A DNA stretch of 64,000 bases from an uncultured Eudoraea sp. (GTDB taxonomy: Bacteria; Bacteroidota; Bacteroidia; Flavobacteriales; Flavobacteriaceae). Below are positions 18,430 to 28,396 of this stretch, piece by piece. Where the stretch lies: the NCBI RefSeq assembly GCF_947260015.1, contig NZ_CAMYOM010000013.1, positions 29,173 to 93,172 of the forward strand, given 5' to 3'. A program made the position numbers and the translations under genes. The notes below the pieces were generated by a model. The model was not told the DNA's origin. It did no database searches and was given only the letters and a program-made list of their open reading frames with translations. Position 1 is the first letter of the stretch. Each line of letters starts with the position of its first letter.

Positions 18430-19332
18430 CTAATATGCCCACATGTCCTGTTCCCTGTCTCGTATTGTTTCCTTAATACGATCTGCTTCAAGCAACTGGA
18501 ATAGCGCATTGTCTGCTATGTAATCATTAATTATGCGATCACCCTGAACATTGTCCTCTCTATAGATAAGACCATTAAAACGTCTGGCATTCAACAACAT
18601 ATCAAAAGATATTGGCTGCGCTGAGTTTTGCTGGTTAAAAACCTTGGCTTTATGTAATATCTCTCTGGCACTAGGATACCAAACCCAAAAAAGTTCAACT
18701 TTATTCTCATTGGGATCCATAGATTCATCATCTACAAAGTTTACGTCGGGTGCTACCGGAGCAATCCCCAGGAGTCGATACTTTAATTCGCCCCCGCGCT
18801 TATCAAAATACCATATCCCTTTGATACGATATTCTTCAATATCCGCAGCAGTAAGTTCCCTCTCGTTAACATATTCAGGTGAAAGTTGCTCACCGGCATT
18901 GATTTGCTCATATCCAAGATCTGTGGTATCTACTTTTTTCAAAGTAGCTGCCAGGTCACTGAAATTTCTTTTTTCAGTAAAATAGGAATCCACATATACG
19001 TCAATAAGCTCACCGTTTTTAATGTTTTTCAAAAAAACATCATATAACGACCTTCTGTCCGCACCAATATCTATGGTATCAAGTGGATAATACAGGGGGA
19101 AATTAACTCTTTCATCAAGATCTATTACCTCCCATACGGTCTTAGACCAAAGGATATCCCTGTCATCCACGTAGCCGTATGGCAACGGAGAATCGTTATC
19201 CGCTGCTATTTGCGCTTCTGTCTTTTTCCCAATTTCGTCAGGCAACTTGGCATTTAAAATATTAGCCTGTGCCATCATGGATATTGGTAGTAGCGCTACA
19301 GCTCCAGCAATTAAAACATTCTTCCAATTCAT
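18430..19332 (-). CDS. gldN: Gliding motility / T9SS protein GldN (PorN)
   Basis: Last gene of the K-L-M-N order. Signal peptide and the conserved block DDRDILWSKTVWEVIDLDERVNFPLYYP. Confidence 0.85.
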   Translation of the reverse strand: MNWKNVLIAGAVALLPISMMAQANILNAKLPDEIGKKTEAQIAADNDSPLPYGYVDDRDILWSKTVWEVIDLDERVNFPLYYPLDTIDIGADRRSLYDVFLKNIKNGELIDVYVDSYFTEKRNFSDLAATLKKVDTTDLGYEQINAGEQLSPEYVNERELTAADIEEYRIKGIWYFDKRGGELKYRLLGIAPVAPDVNFVDDESMDPNENKVELFWVWYPSAREILHKAKVFNQQNSAQPISFDMLLNARRFNGLIYREDNVQGDRIINDYIADNALFQLLEADRIKETIRDREQDMWAY

Positions 19333-19354
19333 AAAATTATAATTTAAACTATTC

Positions 19355-20923
19355 TTAGTTCGTAATCTCTATAATTACCGGAGATACTTTCTTCAGTTTA
19401 TAGCTTTTGTTATTCGTGATATACGCTTGAATATCGAATATCTGAAGAGCATCACCTCTTTTGGCTCTTTTTAAGGCCGATTTAGCTCTTGAATCCAGTT
19501 TGTTGCCTTTTACACTTACCGTGGGTTGACCCGGAACTTTAAATTTAAATCCGCCAATTGCAAGATTCAAGTCAAAATCGAAGTCTTCAAGTAATGCGCC
19601 AACTGTTGCAATTTCAAGATTTTTTCTAGGCATCTTTGCACTTCCGGTTTCTCCTCTAATAGATCCGGAAGGTCTTGGAATATCCTTGATTCTGAACTCA
19701 GATTTTGAGGAAACACGTTGTCCGTCAGGCAAGGTACCAGATGCGACAATTGTAACTGTTCTTCCTGTTCCCGGGTTCATGATATACTTACTGCCTTGTC
19801 TTTTCTTAAGACCTGCAGCTGATGCACTAACCTTGTTATTTGGTATTCCAGGAATAGAAATCGACATTGGGTTTGAAACCCCGCGATAAACCACATTCAT
19901 CTTATCTGCTGCAATTAATGCGGCATTTGGTTTAGTGATCGTGGCAAATGTTTGAGCAACAGGAACTTCTGTTCTCTCACCATCCTGAATAAATACCAGG
20001 GTGCCGGCAATCTTGTGGTCTCCGGGTGCACCGGCGCTAACCAAAAGTTTAACCTGACCATTATCAATCTCGTAGTCCTTACCTTCAGTTAATTTTCTTC
20101 CATCTAAAGTAAGATTTACTTCATTTGGCCTTGTTGTAGCATCTTTACGACCTAATACAACCGCTCCTGAGAATCTCTCACCAGCATAAAAGGCTGATTT
20201 TTCCTGCTCTAGTAGCGTGGTATAATTAGTCATAGAGACTTCACTGGTCAACTGACCTTCTAACATAGACTTTAAAGCATCCTGCTCTGTAGCCTTAACG
20301 TCAGCTTGTATCTGCGTTATCTTAGTTAGAGAAGCAACTACTGGAAAACCTTCGAAATGATAGTTGATCCAATCCTGTTTTGTTCCATCTCTTTTCTCAA
20401 CTTTACCTTTAGCATCACCAGTTTCAAATCTGGTCTGAACTGAAGCCTTAACTTCACTCATGCTTTCTGGTAAAATAGCTGAAATTTGAGTGCGATAATC
20501 AGTAATCCTTTTTAAGAATTCTTTCCCTTCAGGAGCCAGATTATCACCTTGAAAAAACTTCTGATCTAAATAATCAGACTTATCCATAACCTGATAATCC
20601 TTAGGATCTTTAATCTCGGTTAACATTTTATCTTTAAGGGCCTCCAGATAGTCATAATAACCCTGGGACAATTCCTTAATCTTTTTGGCATCTTTTAGTA
20701 GCGGACCAAATTTTTCCGCATTTTCAGATGCTTTAGTTTCTAAACCATTTAAGAACGCTAGATTGTTCTCTGTGGTTTTTGCGTTAGAAGCTTCCAGCTT
20801 TTCGTTCATAAGACCGAACGCCGCCAGAACTTCCTTGCTCATATTTAGTGCCAGCATTGCGATAAAGATCAAATACATTAAGTTGATCATCTTCTGACGT
20901 GGTGACAATTTTCCTCCTGCCAT
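19355..20923 (-). CDS. gldM: Gliding motility / T9SS protein GldM (PorM)
   Basis: Characteristic N-terminus GKLSPRQKMINLMYLIFIAMLALNMS (single TM with conserved Arg), followed by a long periplasmic region. Confidence 0.9.
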   Translation of the reverse strand: MAGGKLSPRQKMINLMYLIFIAMLALNMSKEVLAAFGLMNEKLEASNAKTTENNLAFLNGLETKASENAEKFGPLLKDAKKIKELSQGYYDYLEALKDKMLTEIKDPKDYQVMDKSDYLDQKFFQGDNLAPEGKEFLKRITDYRTQISAILPESMSEVKASVQTRFETGDAKGKVEKRDGTKQDWINYHFEGFPVVASLTKITQIQADVKATEQDALKSMLEGQLTSEVSMTNYTTLLEQEKSAFYAGERFSGAVVLGRKDATTRPNEVNLTLDGRKLTEGKDYEIDNGQVKLLVSAGAPGDHKIAGTLVFIQDGERTEVPVAQTFATITKPNAALIAADKMNVVYRGVSNPMSISIPGIPNNKVSASAAGLKKRQGSKYIMNPGTGRTVTIVASGTLPDGQRVSSKSEFRIKDIPRPSGSIRGETGSAKMPRKNLEIATVGALLEDFDFDLNLAIGGFKFKVPGQPTVSVKGNKLDSRAKSALKRAKRGDALQIFDIQAYITNNKSYKLKKVSPVIIEITN

Positions 20924-20976
20924 GTTTTCTAATTAGTTTTAATTAAATTTTTGATTTGGGTTTACTAATACACTAA

Positions 20977-21624
20977 TTAGTTTTTGCTCATAGCAGATAA
21001 CATGCCGCCATATACTCCATTTAAGGAAGAAAGATTGGAAGCAAGAGATTCCATTTGGTCTTTAAGAGCACTTGCATTTTGAACAACTTCTTCATTAACA
21101 GAAGCTTGTCTGCTAGCGCTTTCCAATTGTACTTTATACAAGCTGTTTAAAGACTCCATTTGAGACGCTGCCTCTACCATTTCATCTGAATATTTTTTAG
21201 TAGATTCCATAGCATCCACTGAAGGAGCAATACCTTTTGCAGCACCTTCAAAATTACGAATGCTTTCTCCAAGGCTTTCCATAAGGTTGGCATCTATGTT
21301 AGCTTCTTTTAAAAGCTCATCCAATTTTCTGGATAATATACCTTCTGCTTCTTTGGCGTCTGAAACATCGTTTTTGCCACCAGACATACCTCCAGATAAT
21401 TCCGGGTATACCAGAGACCAATCGTATTCATCATCTACTGGTTCAAATGCACTAATTGCGAAAATAAGGGCTTCTGTAATAAGACCTACCGCCAGAAGTA
21501 GACCACCTGTTAGAGGTCCAAATTCCCAGTGCAGGATTTTAAATAACGCACCAATGATAACCACTGATGCTCCGAGGCCATAGGCCATGTTAAATAATTT
21601 CTTTGTTGATTTTGACTGTGCCAT
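20977..21624 (-). CDS. gldL: Gliding motility / T9SS protein GldL (PorL)
   Basis: Two N-terminal TM helices with the conserved acidic residue in TM2 (GLITEALIFAISAFEP), then a cytoplasmic coiled region. Confidence 0.9.
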   Translation of the reverse strand: MAQSKSTKKLFNMAYGLGASVVIIGALFKILHWEFGPLTGGLLLAVGLITEALIFAISAFEPVDDEYDWSLVYPELSGGMSGGKNDVSDAKEAEGILSRKLDELLKEANIDANLMESLGESIRNFEGAAKGIAPSVDAMESTKKYSDEMVEAASQMESLNSLYKVQLESASRQASVNEEVVQNASALKDQMESLASNLSSLNGVYGGMLSAMSKN

Positions 21625-21729
21625 AATTCTAAATTTAATTTAAGTTTAATGTTAAAAATAAGTATTTTTGATTTTGACTGTGCCATAATTCTAAATTTAA
21701 TTTAAGTTTAATGTTAAAAATAAGTATTT
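21606..21729. repeat. Perfect 62-bp tandem duplication (2 copies) covering the gldL start codon and 5' leader
   Basis: 21606-21667 and 21668-21729 are identical, checked base by base. Each copy contains the reverse complement of atggcacagtcaaaatcaa, which is the gldL start plus 16 further nt. Confidence 0.9.
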
Positions 21730-21763
21730 GGTTTATTGTTTGATTTATTTATATACGCAAAAA

Positions 21764-23119
21764 CTATTGTGTTGAGTCTTCTTCTCCCATATAATCTTGA
21801 ACGGTTCTAAAACCGATATAACTTCTGGCAGAATCTCTATACTCATAATCTCTTGTACTTACCTGTAGGAAATAAGCAACATCTTTCCAAGAACCACCAC
21901 GTATAACTTTTCTTTTGTTACCATAATCACCTGCATTGGGATTCATAGTAGATTCATACTCGTAAGAATTTGGGTCATAGCTGGAGTTAGTCCATTCAGA
22001 AACATTTCCTGCCATATTATAAAGATTATAGTCATTTGGCTCATAAGACTTGGCTTCTACAGTATACAAAGCTGCATCAGCTGCATAATCTCCCCGCTGT
22101 GGTTTAAAGTTAGCCATGAAGCAACCCGTATCGCTAATTACGTAAGGACCACCCCAGGGATAAGTACCACTTTCAATTCCACCTCTGGCTGCATATTCCC
22201 ATTCAGCTTCTGTAGGCAACCTGAATCCGTTAACAAATTGTTTGCCTTTGCTCCTCTGGTCGTCATTTTTAAATTTTGTTCTCCAGTTACAAAAGGCCTG
22301 GGCCTGTTGCCAGGAAATTCCAACAACCGGATATTCACTGTAGGCATCGTGCCAGAAATAATCATTATGCATTGGCTCATTATAAGAGTATTGAAAGTCT
22401 CTTATCCAAACCGTCGTATCAGGATAGATCTCCAATTCCTCATGTCTAATAAAATCTCTTCTTCTGGCATCTCTTGAACGTGCAGCTGCCTCAATATCCA
22501 TCCAGTTGTAACTGTATTTTATTTTTGTGACATCTACAGTGCGTTGACCATTATAGGATTCCTCTTCAGGAATATATATTGAATCCATTATTTCTGTATA
22601 GTATTCATCAGGATATTCCGAAGTGTCCCAGATCAAATCCTGATCTCTATTCAGTGCTCTTCCTTCATAACCAGTCTCGCCCATGCCGGAATAATTATCC
22701 ATCATATACTTTTCATAAGTAGACATATTGGTAGTATCCGCATCTTTAAATGCAAATTCGCCGATACCTTCATCCTCCGGACCCATTCCTAATTCATCAG
22801 CCAGAATGGCCAACTTTGTTCTTACGATGGAATCTTTCACCCATTCTACAAACTGGCGATATTCACTGTTAGTGATTTCCGTATCATCCATATAGAATGA
22901 TCTTACGGTTACAGTTTTGGTTGGCGCATTAAGAACCTTCCCTACATCTTCTTCACTTTTACCCATGATAAATGCTCCTCTTGGGATTAGTTCCATTCCA
23001 TAAGGTTTTTCCGGATGCCACTTTTTACCCTGGACTCCAACTAGTTCTCCTTTTGTTTTAGACCCACAACTGGTGAGCAAAAAAACAAACGCTATAGATA
23101 ATAACAATAGCTTCTTCAT
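21764..23119 (-). CDS. gldK: Gliding motility / T9SS lipoprotein GldK (PorK; FGE-sulfatase/SUMF1 fold)
   Basis: Lipoprotein signal LLTSC. SUMF1-type blocks (YPVVGISWQQAQAFCNWR, RLPTEAEWEYAARGG, RGGSWKD). First gene of the gldKLMN operon. Confidence 0.9.
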   Translation of the reverse strand: MKKLLLLSIAFVFLLTSCGSKTKGELVGVQGKKWHPEKPYGMELIPRGAFIMGKSEEDVGKVLNAPTKTVTVRSFYMDDTEITNSEYRQFVEWVKDSIVRTKLAILADELGMGPEDEGIGEFAFKDADTTNMSTYEKYMMDNYSGMGETGYEGRALNRDQDLIWDTSEYPDEYYTEIMDSIYIPEEESYNGQRTVDVTKIKYSYNWMDIEAAARSRDARRRDFIRHEELEIYPDTTVWIRDFQYSYNEPMHNDYFWHDAYSEYPVVGISWQQAQAFCNWRTKFKNDDQRSKGKQFVNGFRLPTEAEWEYAARGGIESGTYPWGGPYVISDTGCFMANFKPQRGDYAADAALYTVEAKSYEPNDYNLYNMAGNVSEWTNSSYDPNSYEYESTMNPNAGDYGNKRKVIRGGSWKDVAYFLQVSTRDYEYRDSARSYIGFRTVQDYMGEEDSTQ

Positions 23120-23235
23120 ACTTTAGGTTAAATTTCGATTAAGACTATAAACAGTATTCACAATTATTATTCTCTAAAACTGTATTTTGAATAATTTATT
23201 GTATAAAACGGTCTATCCTTTAAAATAATTTATTG

Positions 23236-24393
23236 TTAGTTAAAACCTTTCTTATAGGCCTTGAACCACCTTTCGGGAATATTTTGGTTACATGCGTCTA
23301 AATAGTCCTGTTCAGTGCATGGTAATAACGCAGGTGAATTTATTTTATTATGCGAAGATAAAATTGATGGAATCTCAACCCACCATCTTTCGGTAAGTAA
23401 ACTTTTATAAAAAATTAATTGTTCAGCTTCTATAGGTACATTAAACTTGTTAAAGTCTTTGCTTTTAGCACTTGGAATCTCTTTTATTCTAAAATTATAT
23501 CCTTCTATAAAATACCATATAATCTGTGAAATTAATTGAAATGATTGTACGGTATTCTCGCTTTCATATATTCCAAATATTGCAACATTATCACTCATAC
23601 CGGCATATCTGGCTATTGCACATATTTCTCTTCCATTAAATCCATTCGGTGAAAAATTCTTGGACCCGTCAATCTCGCCCGCTTTTATTACCCTGGCATC
23701 CAGGCTTACAATATGTGCATTTCTCAATACGGGTTCTGCAAGTGAAATGTCGGAGGTTATTTCTCCCAGCCTGTATGCATCAAAAAATAGGCGGTCCATA
23801 AGATCTATTTCTTCCTGTGCATTAAAATAGCTTTGATAACCAATATTTGAAAAGTTGAAAAGATTGTTGGGCTTATCTGTAATTATTTTACTCATATAGG
23901 AATGCGAAGAAATAAGTTCCTCATCCGCCCCGAAATCGAACCTGCTGTCTATTGACACCAGATTTATCATATCCTTAATTTTATCAAATGCCCTATAGGT
24001 AGGGTAAGTAATGTCCTGAGTGGCCCCAATTATAATCGGAATTACATTTTCTTCAAGTAATTCGGCTACAATTTCCTTTACAACAAAATAAGTGTCCTCG
24101 ACCGACTCTCCTTCATCTATATCGCCAAGGTCGACAAAGACTGAATTCCAATTACCCATTAATAGTTTGTAAAGTTGAATTCTGATCTCGGTAGTATCTA
24201 GTCGCTCTGTTTTCTTTTCAAATGCATTTCTCGATTCCAGAACGCCCATTAAGGCAAAAGAAGCATTTGCTAAGACAGGTAAACCTTTTTTCTCTGTATG
24301 CTTATGAATATTCCTGCCCAGAGATTGTGGTGGTAATAGCTCACAGTGTGCAAGGGCCATTTCACTAACAGGAAGTAAAAAATCGAAAGCCAT
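23236..24393 (-). CDS. Arginase/formimidoylglutamase-fold protein with apparently degenerate metal site
   Basis: The overall layout resembles ureohydrolases, but the signature positions read IGATQD (expected GGDHS), SIDSRFD (expected DAHxD) and SLDARV (expected SxDxD). It also has an extra C-terminal region of about 90 aa. Alignment was done by eye. Confidence 0.5.
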   Translation of the reverse strand: MAFDFLLPVSEMALAHCELLPPQSLGRNIHKHTEKKGLPVLANASFALMGVLESRNAFEKKTERLDTTEIRIQLYKLLMGNWNSVFVDLGDIDEGESVEDTYFVVKEIVAELLEENVIPIIIGATQDITYPTYRAFDKIKDMINLVSIDSRFDFGADEELISSHSYMSKIITDKPNNLFNFSNIGYQSYFNAQEEIDLMDRLFFDAYRLGEITSDISLAEPVLRNAHIVSLDARVIKAGEIDGSKNFSPNGFNGREICAIARYAGMSDNVAIFGIYESENTVQSFQLISQIIWYFIEGYNFRIKEIPSAKSKDFNKFNVPIEAEQLIFYKSLLTERWWVEIPSILSSHNKINSPALLPCTEQDYLDACNQNIPERWFKAYKKGFN

Positions 24394-24408
24394 ATTTATA
24401 TGCTAATC

Positions 24409-26883
24409 TTAGGTTTTCTTAGTCTTCTTTTTGGGTTTTTTCTTTTCGAGTAATGCTTGTACATCTTCCAGGGAGATATTAGCGGCATCTACTTCTTTGG
24501 CAAGCTCAATCTTGGTCTTGCCTTTGATAATGGTGTGCCTTCCCCAGCGAGCCTTTTCAATCCGGATGCCTTCATCAGACCATTCCCTGATAAGTTTCTC
24601 TGCCTCTTTTTGTTTTTTGGATTCTATTAACTCAATAATATCAGCTTCCGTGAGATTATCAAAATCATACTTTTTATTCACATTAATAAACATCCCATCC
24701 CATTTGATAAAAGGTCCAAAGCGACCTTTACCTTTGGTAACATCTTTATTTTCATAAACCGCAATAGGAGCATCTGCTTTTTGCTTTTCGCGAATTAATT
24801 CTATCGCCCTTTCTAGATCAACATCAAAAGCACTTTCACCTTTGTCCAGAGAGACAAATTTTTTGCCGAATCTAACATAAGGCCCAAATCTGCCAACATT
24901 GGCCTCAACTTCCTCACCTTCAAAAACACCCAATTTTCTGGGAAGTTGGAAAAGTTCCATTGCTTCCTCATAGGAAATGGTATTAAGGGACTGTTCCGGG
25001 AGTAAACTAGCAAATAATGGCTTGTCCTCTTCCTCAACGGTGCCAATTTGAACCATAGGGCCAAATCGTCCCAAACGAACTGCAACTTGTCTACCCGATT
25101 TAGGGTCCTTACCAAGGACACGTTCTCCGCTTGCACGTTCCGCGTTCTCCTCAACATCGAGTACCTGCGGGTGAAAGTCCTTATAAAAGTCTTTGATTAC
25201 CTTTTTCCAATCTTCCTGACCTTCAGCAATTTCGTCAAAATCTTTCTCCACTTTGGCAGTAAAGTTATAATCCAAAATATGCGCAAAATGATTTACCAAA
25301 AAATCATTGACAATCATTCCTATATCTGTGGGTACTAATTTACCTTTATCCGAACCAACTACTTCTGCAAGAGATTTTTCCTCAACTTTATCTGATTTCA
25401 AAATCAATTGAGAATACTTTCGTTCTTCTCCTTCAATACTTCCTTTTTCCACATAACCTCTGTTTTGAATAGTGGATATTGTTGGTGCATAGGTTGAGGG
25501 TCTTCCAATACCCAGCTCCTCCAGTTTCTTTACCAAGGTAGCCTCTGTATATCTATAATGGGGTCTTGTGAAACGTTCTGTTGCAGTAATATAATTATAG
25601 AATAACTGATCGCCGGTTTTCATTGCCGGAAGCAAACCTTCCTGCTCTTCAGCTGAATCCTCTTCGTCCTTACCCTCAAGATATACTTTTAAAAATCCAT
25701 CAAATTTAATGACTTCACCATTCGCGGTAAATTCTTCCTGATAAGAGCTCGATTTGATTTTTACATTAGTACGTTCTAATTGTGCATCGCTCATTTGTGA
25801 GGCAAGCGTACGTTTCCAAATCAATTCATATAATTTAGACTGATCTCTCTCCAGTGAAGGAGATTGTAAATTCATATCCGTAGGTCGAATGGCCTCATGA
25901 GCTTCCTGAGCTCCTTTGGATTTACCTTTATAATTTCTGACTTTACTGTACTGTTCACCATAATTCTGAATAATGGTATCTTTGGCAGCTCCTATTGCTT
26001 CCCCCGATAAATTTACACTGTCTGTCCTCATGTAAGTAATCAGACCGGCTTCATATAATCGCTGGGCAACCTGCATAGTTCTGGCTACTGAGAAATACAA
26101 TTTACGGGATGCCTCCTGTTGTAGAGTAGAAGTAGTAAATGGTGCAGCCGGGGATTTCTTTGCAAGTTTTTTATCCAGGTTTGCAACATTAAATAGAGCT
26201 CCTTCATTTTTATTTAAGAATACCCGAGCCTCTTCTTTAGTTTGGAAATTCTTTCCGAGTTTTGCTCCAAAGACATTCCCTTTCTCCGTTTTAAATTCCG
26301 CCACTACTCTATAGGAAGCTTCAGGCATGAAAGCATCAATATCGCGTTCCCTTTCAACAATAAAACGAACAGCTACAGATTGAACCCTTCCTGCAGATAA
26401 CCCTGGTTTAATTTTTTTCCAAAGAACAGGTGATAGCTCGTATCCAACCAATCTATCAAGAACTCTTCTTGCCTGCTGGGCGTTTACCAGGTTATAATTA
26501 ATTTCCCTTGGGTTTTCAATTGCATTTTGAATAGCCGATTTGGTAATGGAATTAAACACAATACGTTTAGTTCTGGATCGATCGAGGTCCAGGGTCTCGG
26601 CCAAATGCCAGGAAATAGCTTCACCTTCCCGGTCTTCATCACTCGCCAGCCATATGGTGTCTGCTTTTTTCGCAAGGTCCTTAAGCTTTTTTACCAGGGC
26701 CTTCTTGTCCTGGTCGACAATATATTTAGGTTCAAAGTCCTTTTCTACATCAACTCCTAACTCTTTGGAAGGAAGATCAGCTATATGGCCAAAACTGGAT
26801 TCAACTTTATAATCTTTTCCCAGAAATTTTTCTATTGTTTTGGCCTTTGCAGGCGACTCTACGATTACTAAATTCTTAGCCAT
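24409..26883 (-). CDS. topA: DNA topoisomerase I
   Basis: TOPRIM N-terminus (LVIVESPAKAKTIEKFLG), active-site region (ITYMRTDS) and a Lys-rich C-terminal tail. Confidence 0.95.
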   Translation of the reverse strand: MAKNLVIVESPAKAKTIEKFLGKDYKVESSFGHIADLPSKELGVDVEKDFEPKYIVDQDKKALVKKLKDLAKKADTIWLASDEDREGEAISWHLAETLDLDRSRTKRIVFNSITKSAIQNAIENPREINYNLVNAQQARRVLDRLVGYELSPVLWKKIKPGLSAGRVQSVAVRFIVERERDIDAFMPEASYRVVAEFKTEKGNVFGAKLGKNFQTKEEARVFLNKNEGALFNVANLDKKLAKKSPAAPFTTSTLQQEASRKLYFSVARTMQVAQRLYEAGLITYMRTDSVNLSGEAIGAAKDTIIQNYGEQYSKVRNYKGKSKGAQEAHEAIRPTDMNLQSPSLERDQSKLYELIWKRTLASQMSDAQLERTNVKIKSSSYQEEFTANGEVIKFDGFLKVYLEGKDEEDSAEEQEGLLPAMKTGDQLFYNYITATERFTRPHYRYTEATLVKKLEELGIGRPSTYAPTISTIQNRGYVEKGSIEGEERKYSQLILKSDKVEEKSLAEVVGSDKGKLVPTDIGMIVNDFLVNHFAHILDYNFTAKVEKDFDEIAEGQEDWKKVIKDFYKDFHPQVLDVEENAERASGERVLGKDPKSGRQVAVRLGRFGPMVQIGTVEEEDKPLFASLLPEQSLNTISYEEAMELFQLPRKLGVFEGEEVEANVGRFGPYVRFGKKFVSLDKGESAFDVDLERAIELIREKQKADAPIAVYENKDVTKGKGRFGPFIKWDGMFINVNKKYDFDNLTEADIIELIESKKQKEAEKLIREWSDEGIRIEKARWGRHTIIKGKTKIELAKEVDAANISLEDVQALLEKKKPKKKTKKT

Positions 26884-26953
26884 TCATCAGTTTTTGAAGA
26901 AACAAAAGTATGTCAAATTTTTTATTTGGTGTTTTTAGTCCTTATCAAAGCAT

Positions 26954-26982
26954 AAAAAAACATCCCAAAATACGGGATGTTT
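26954..26982 (-). terminator. Rho-independent terminator after the LVIVD-repeat gene
   Basis: Stem aaacatccc/gggatgttt, followed on the minus strand by a T7 run. Confidence 0.7.
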
Positions 26983-27002
26983 CCAATAAACCTCATTAGA
27001 AT

Positions 27003-28232
27003 CTAGTTTAGATTCATGGAACTGACTAGTTCAATATCATTATCTAAATATCTATACTGGTACAGGATTTCATCACCAATCATTATCAAAGTTTCATCCA
27101 TTGGTATGACATCAAAAGTGATAATATTTTCATAATGATTTAATGATACAAGATTATCAATATTAGTTTTATCATAGACCTTAAGACCAGACTTCCCATC
27201 ACAGATAAATAATTTATTGTCTTTTATTCCCAACCCATAAGGTTCATCCATGACGTAAGATGTTGCCAGGACAGGTGTTGTAATGTCGGAAATATCAACA
27301 ATAAATAGGCCACTCTCAGTCGCCCCGCAATTATTACCGCCGCGCAAGGTAACATAGGCATAATCTCCATCAACCACTACAGGGTCACAAGCAGTGCCAT
27401 GTTGAAATTCTGAAATAAATGTTGGTGTGGCCGGAGAGGTTATATCATATATATACATACCCCGCATACTTCCTAAAAACAAATTATTACCTCTGTTAAA
27501 AATTGTTTCAATATCAAAACCGGCATAAATATCTTCCAGATCCTTGGGGTTTTCCAAATCACTAATTTCAAACACATTAATTGTGTGACTGTCTACAACG
27601 TATAAATAATCATTTACAATTTTAAATCGCGCCAGCGAACCTCCTTGTCCAACCTGGCTATCATTGGCAGCTTCGGCCAGCAAAATCTGATCGTCAAAAC
27701 GATCATATACTTCAGATTTCAATCTGCTTTCAGTCTGAACATCCCAACCAATTAATATTTCATTCTGATAATTAATGCCATCGTATTCATAAATATCAGC
27801 GATGGGCCATACAACATTATCACGTAAGACGTCTTCCATTCGGTTAACAATTCTAATAGCATTAATTTCAGAAATGTCTAATACTATTAAGTCTGTTAAA
27901 CTGTCGGCAAAAAGGAAATTTCCTTTAACAGAAATATCTACGTTACCTGCTATTTTAATAAATGAAATTTTTTGTGGAGAACTAGGGTCGCTATTATCAA
28001 TAACATGTACTCCTTTGTATTTGTCATTAACAAAAATATAGTCCTCGTAAGCATAGATCTTACCTGATTCATTGATTGGTCTTGGCGCAACGATATCCAC
28101 ACTATTCTTAAAATCTGTAACACTCATTGTTATTGGGGTTGCAACAAGATAGTCGGCATATTCGCCTTCTTCTTTTTTGTCACATGATACAAAACTTATA
28201 ACAAGTAGCAGGGTTAAAATATTTTTTTTCAT
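27003..28232 (-). CDS. LVIVD-repeat (beta-propeller) lipoprotein, function unknown
   Basis: Lipoprotein signal (ISFVSC). Recurrent motifs LIVLDIS, LYVVDSH, MYIYDIT, LFIVDIS and LKVYDKT at roughly propeller-blade spacing. Confidence 0.6.
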   Translation of the reverse strand: MKKNILTLLLVISFVSCDKKEEGEYADYLVATPITMSVTDFKNSVDIVAPRPINESGKIYAYEDYIFVNDKYKGVHVIDNSDPSSPQKISFIKIAGNVDISVKGNFLFADSLTDLIVLDISEINAIRIVNRMEDVLRDNVVWPIADIYEYDGINYQNEILIGWDVQTESRLKSEVYDRFDDQILLAEAANDSQVGQGGSLARFKIVNDYLYVVDSHTINVFEISDLENPKDLEDIYAGFDIETIFNRGNNLFLGSMRGMYIYDITSPATPTFISEFQHGTACDPVVVDGDYAYVTLRGGNNCGATESGLFIVDISDITTPVLATSYVMDEPYGLGIKDNKLFICDGKSGLKVYDKTNIDNLVSLNHYENIITFDVIPMDETLIMIGDEILYQYRYLDNDIELVSSMNLN

Positions 28233-28328
28233 AGCTCAATTGATATATTAAAGATATTGGGTTGTATAAAAGCAGATACTTATTATAACGTCCAGTTGCG
28301 TAAATTTTGTTAAATAATTAACTGTCAA

Positions 28329-28361
28329 TTTGTCACTAGTGTGCATAATATACTATCTTTG
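28329..28361 (+). promoter_or_regulatory. Bacteroidota-type promoter candidate for miaB (-33 TTTG / -7 TAnnTTTG)
   Basis: TTTG at 28329-28332 and TATCTTTG at 28354-28361 with a 21-nt spacer. It lies 36 nt upstream of the ATG at 28397. Confidence 0.45.
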
Positions 28362-28396
28362 CAGACTGTTTGAGCCATCGTAGAAGAGACAAAAGA

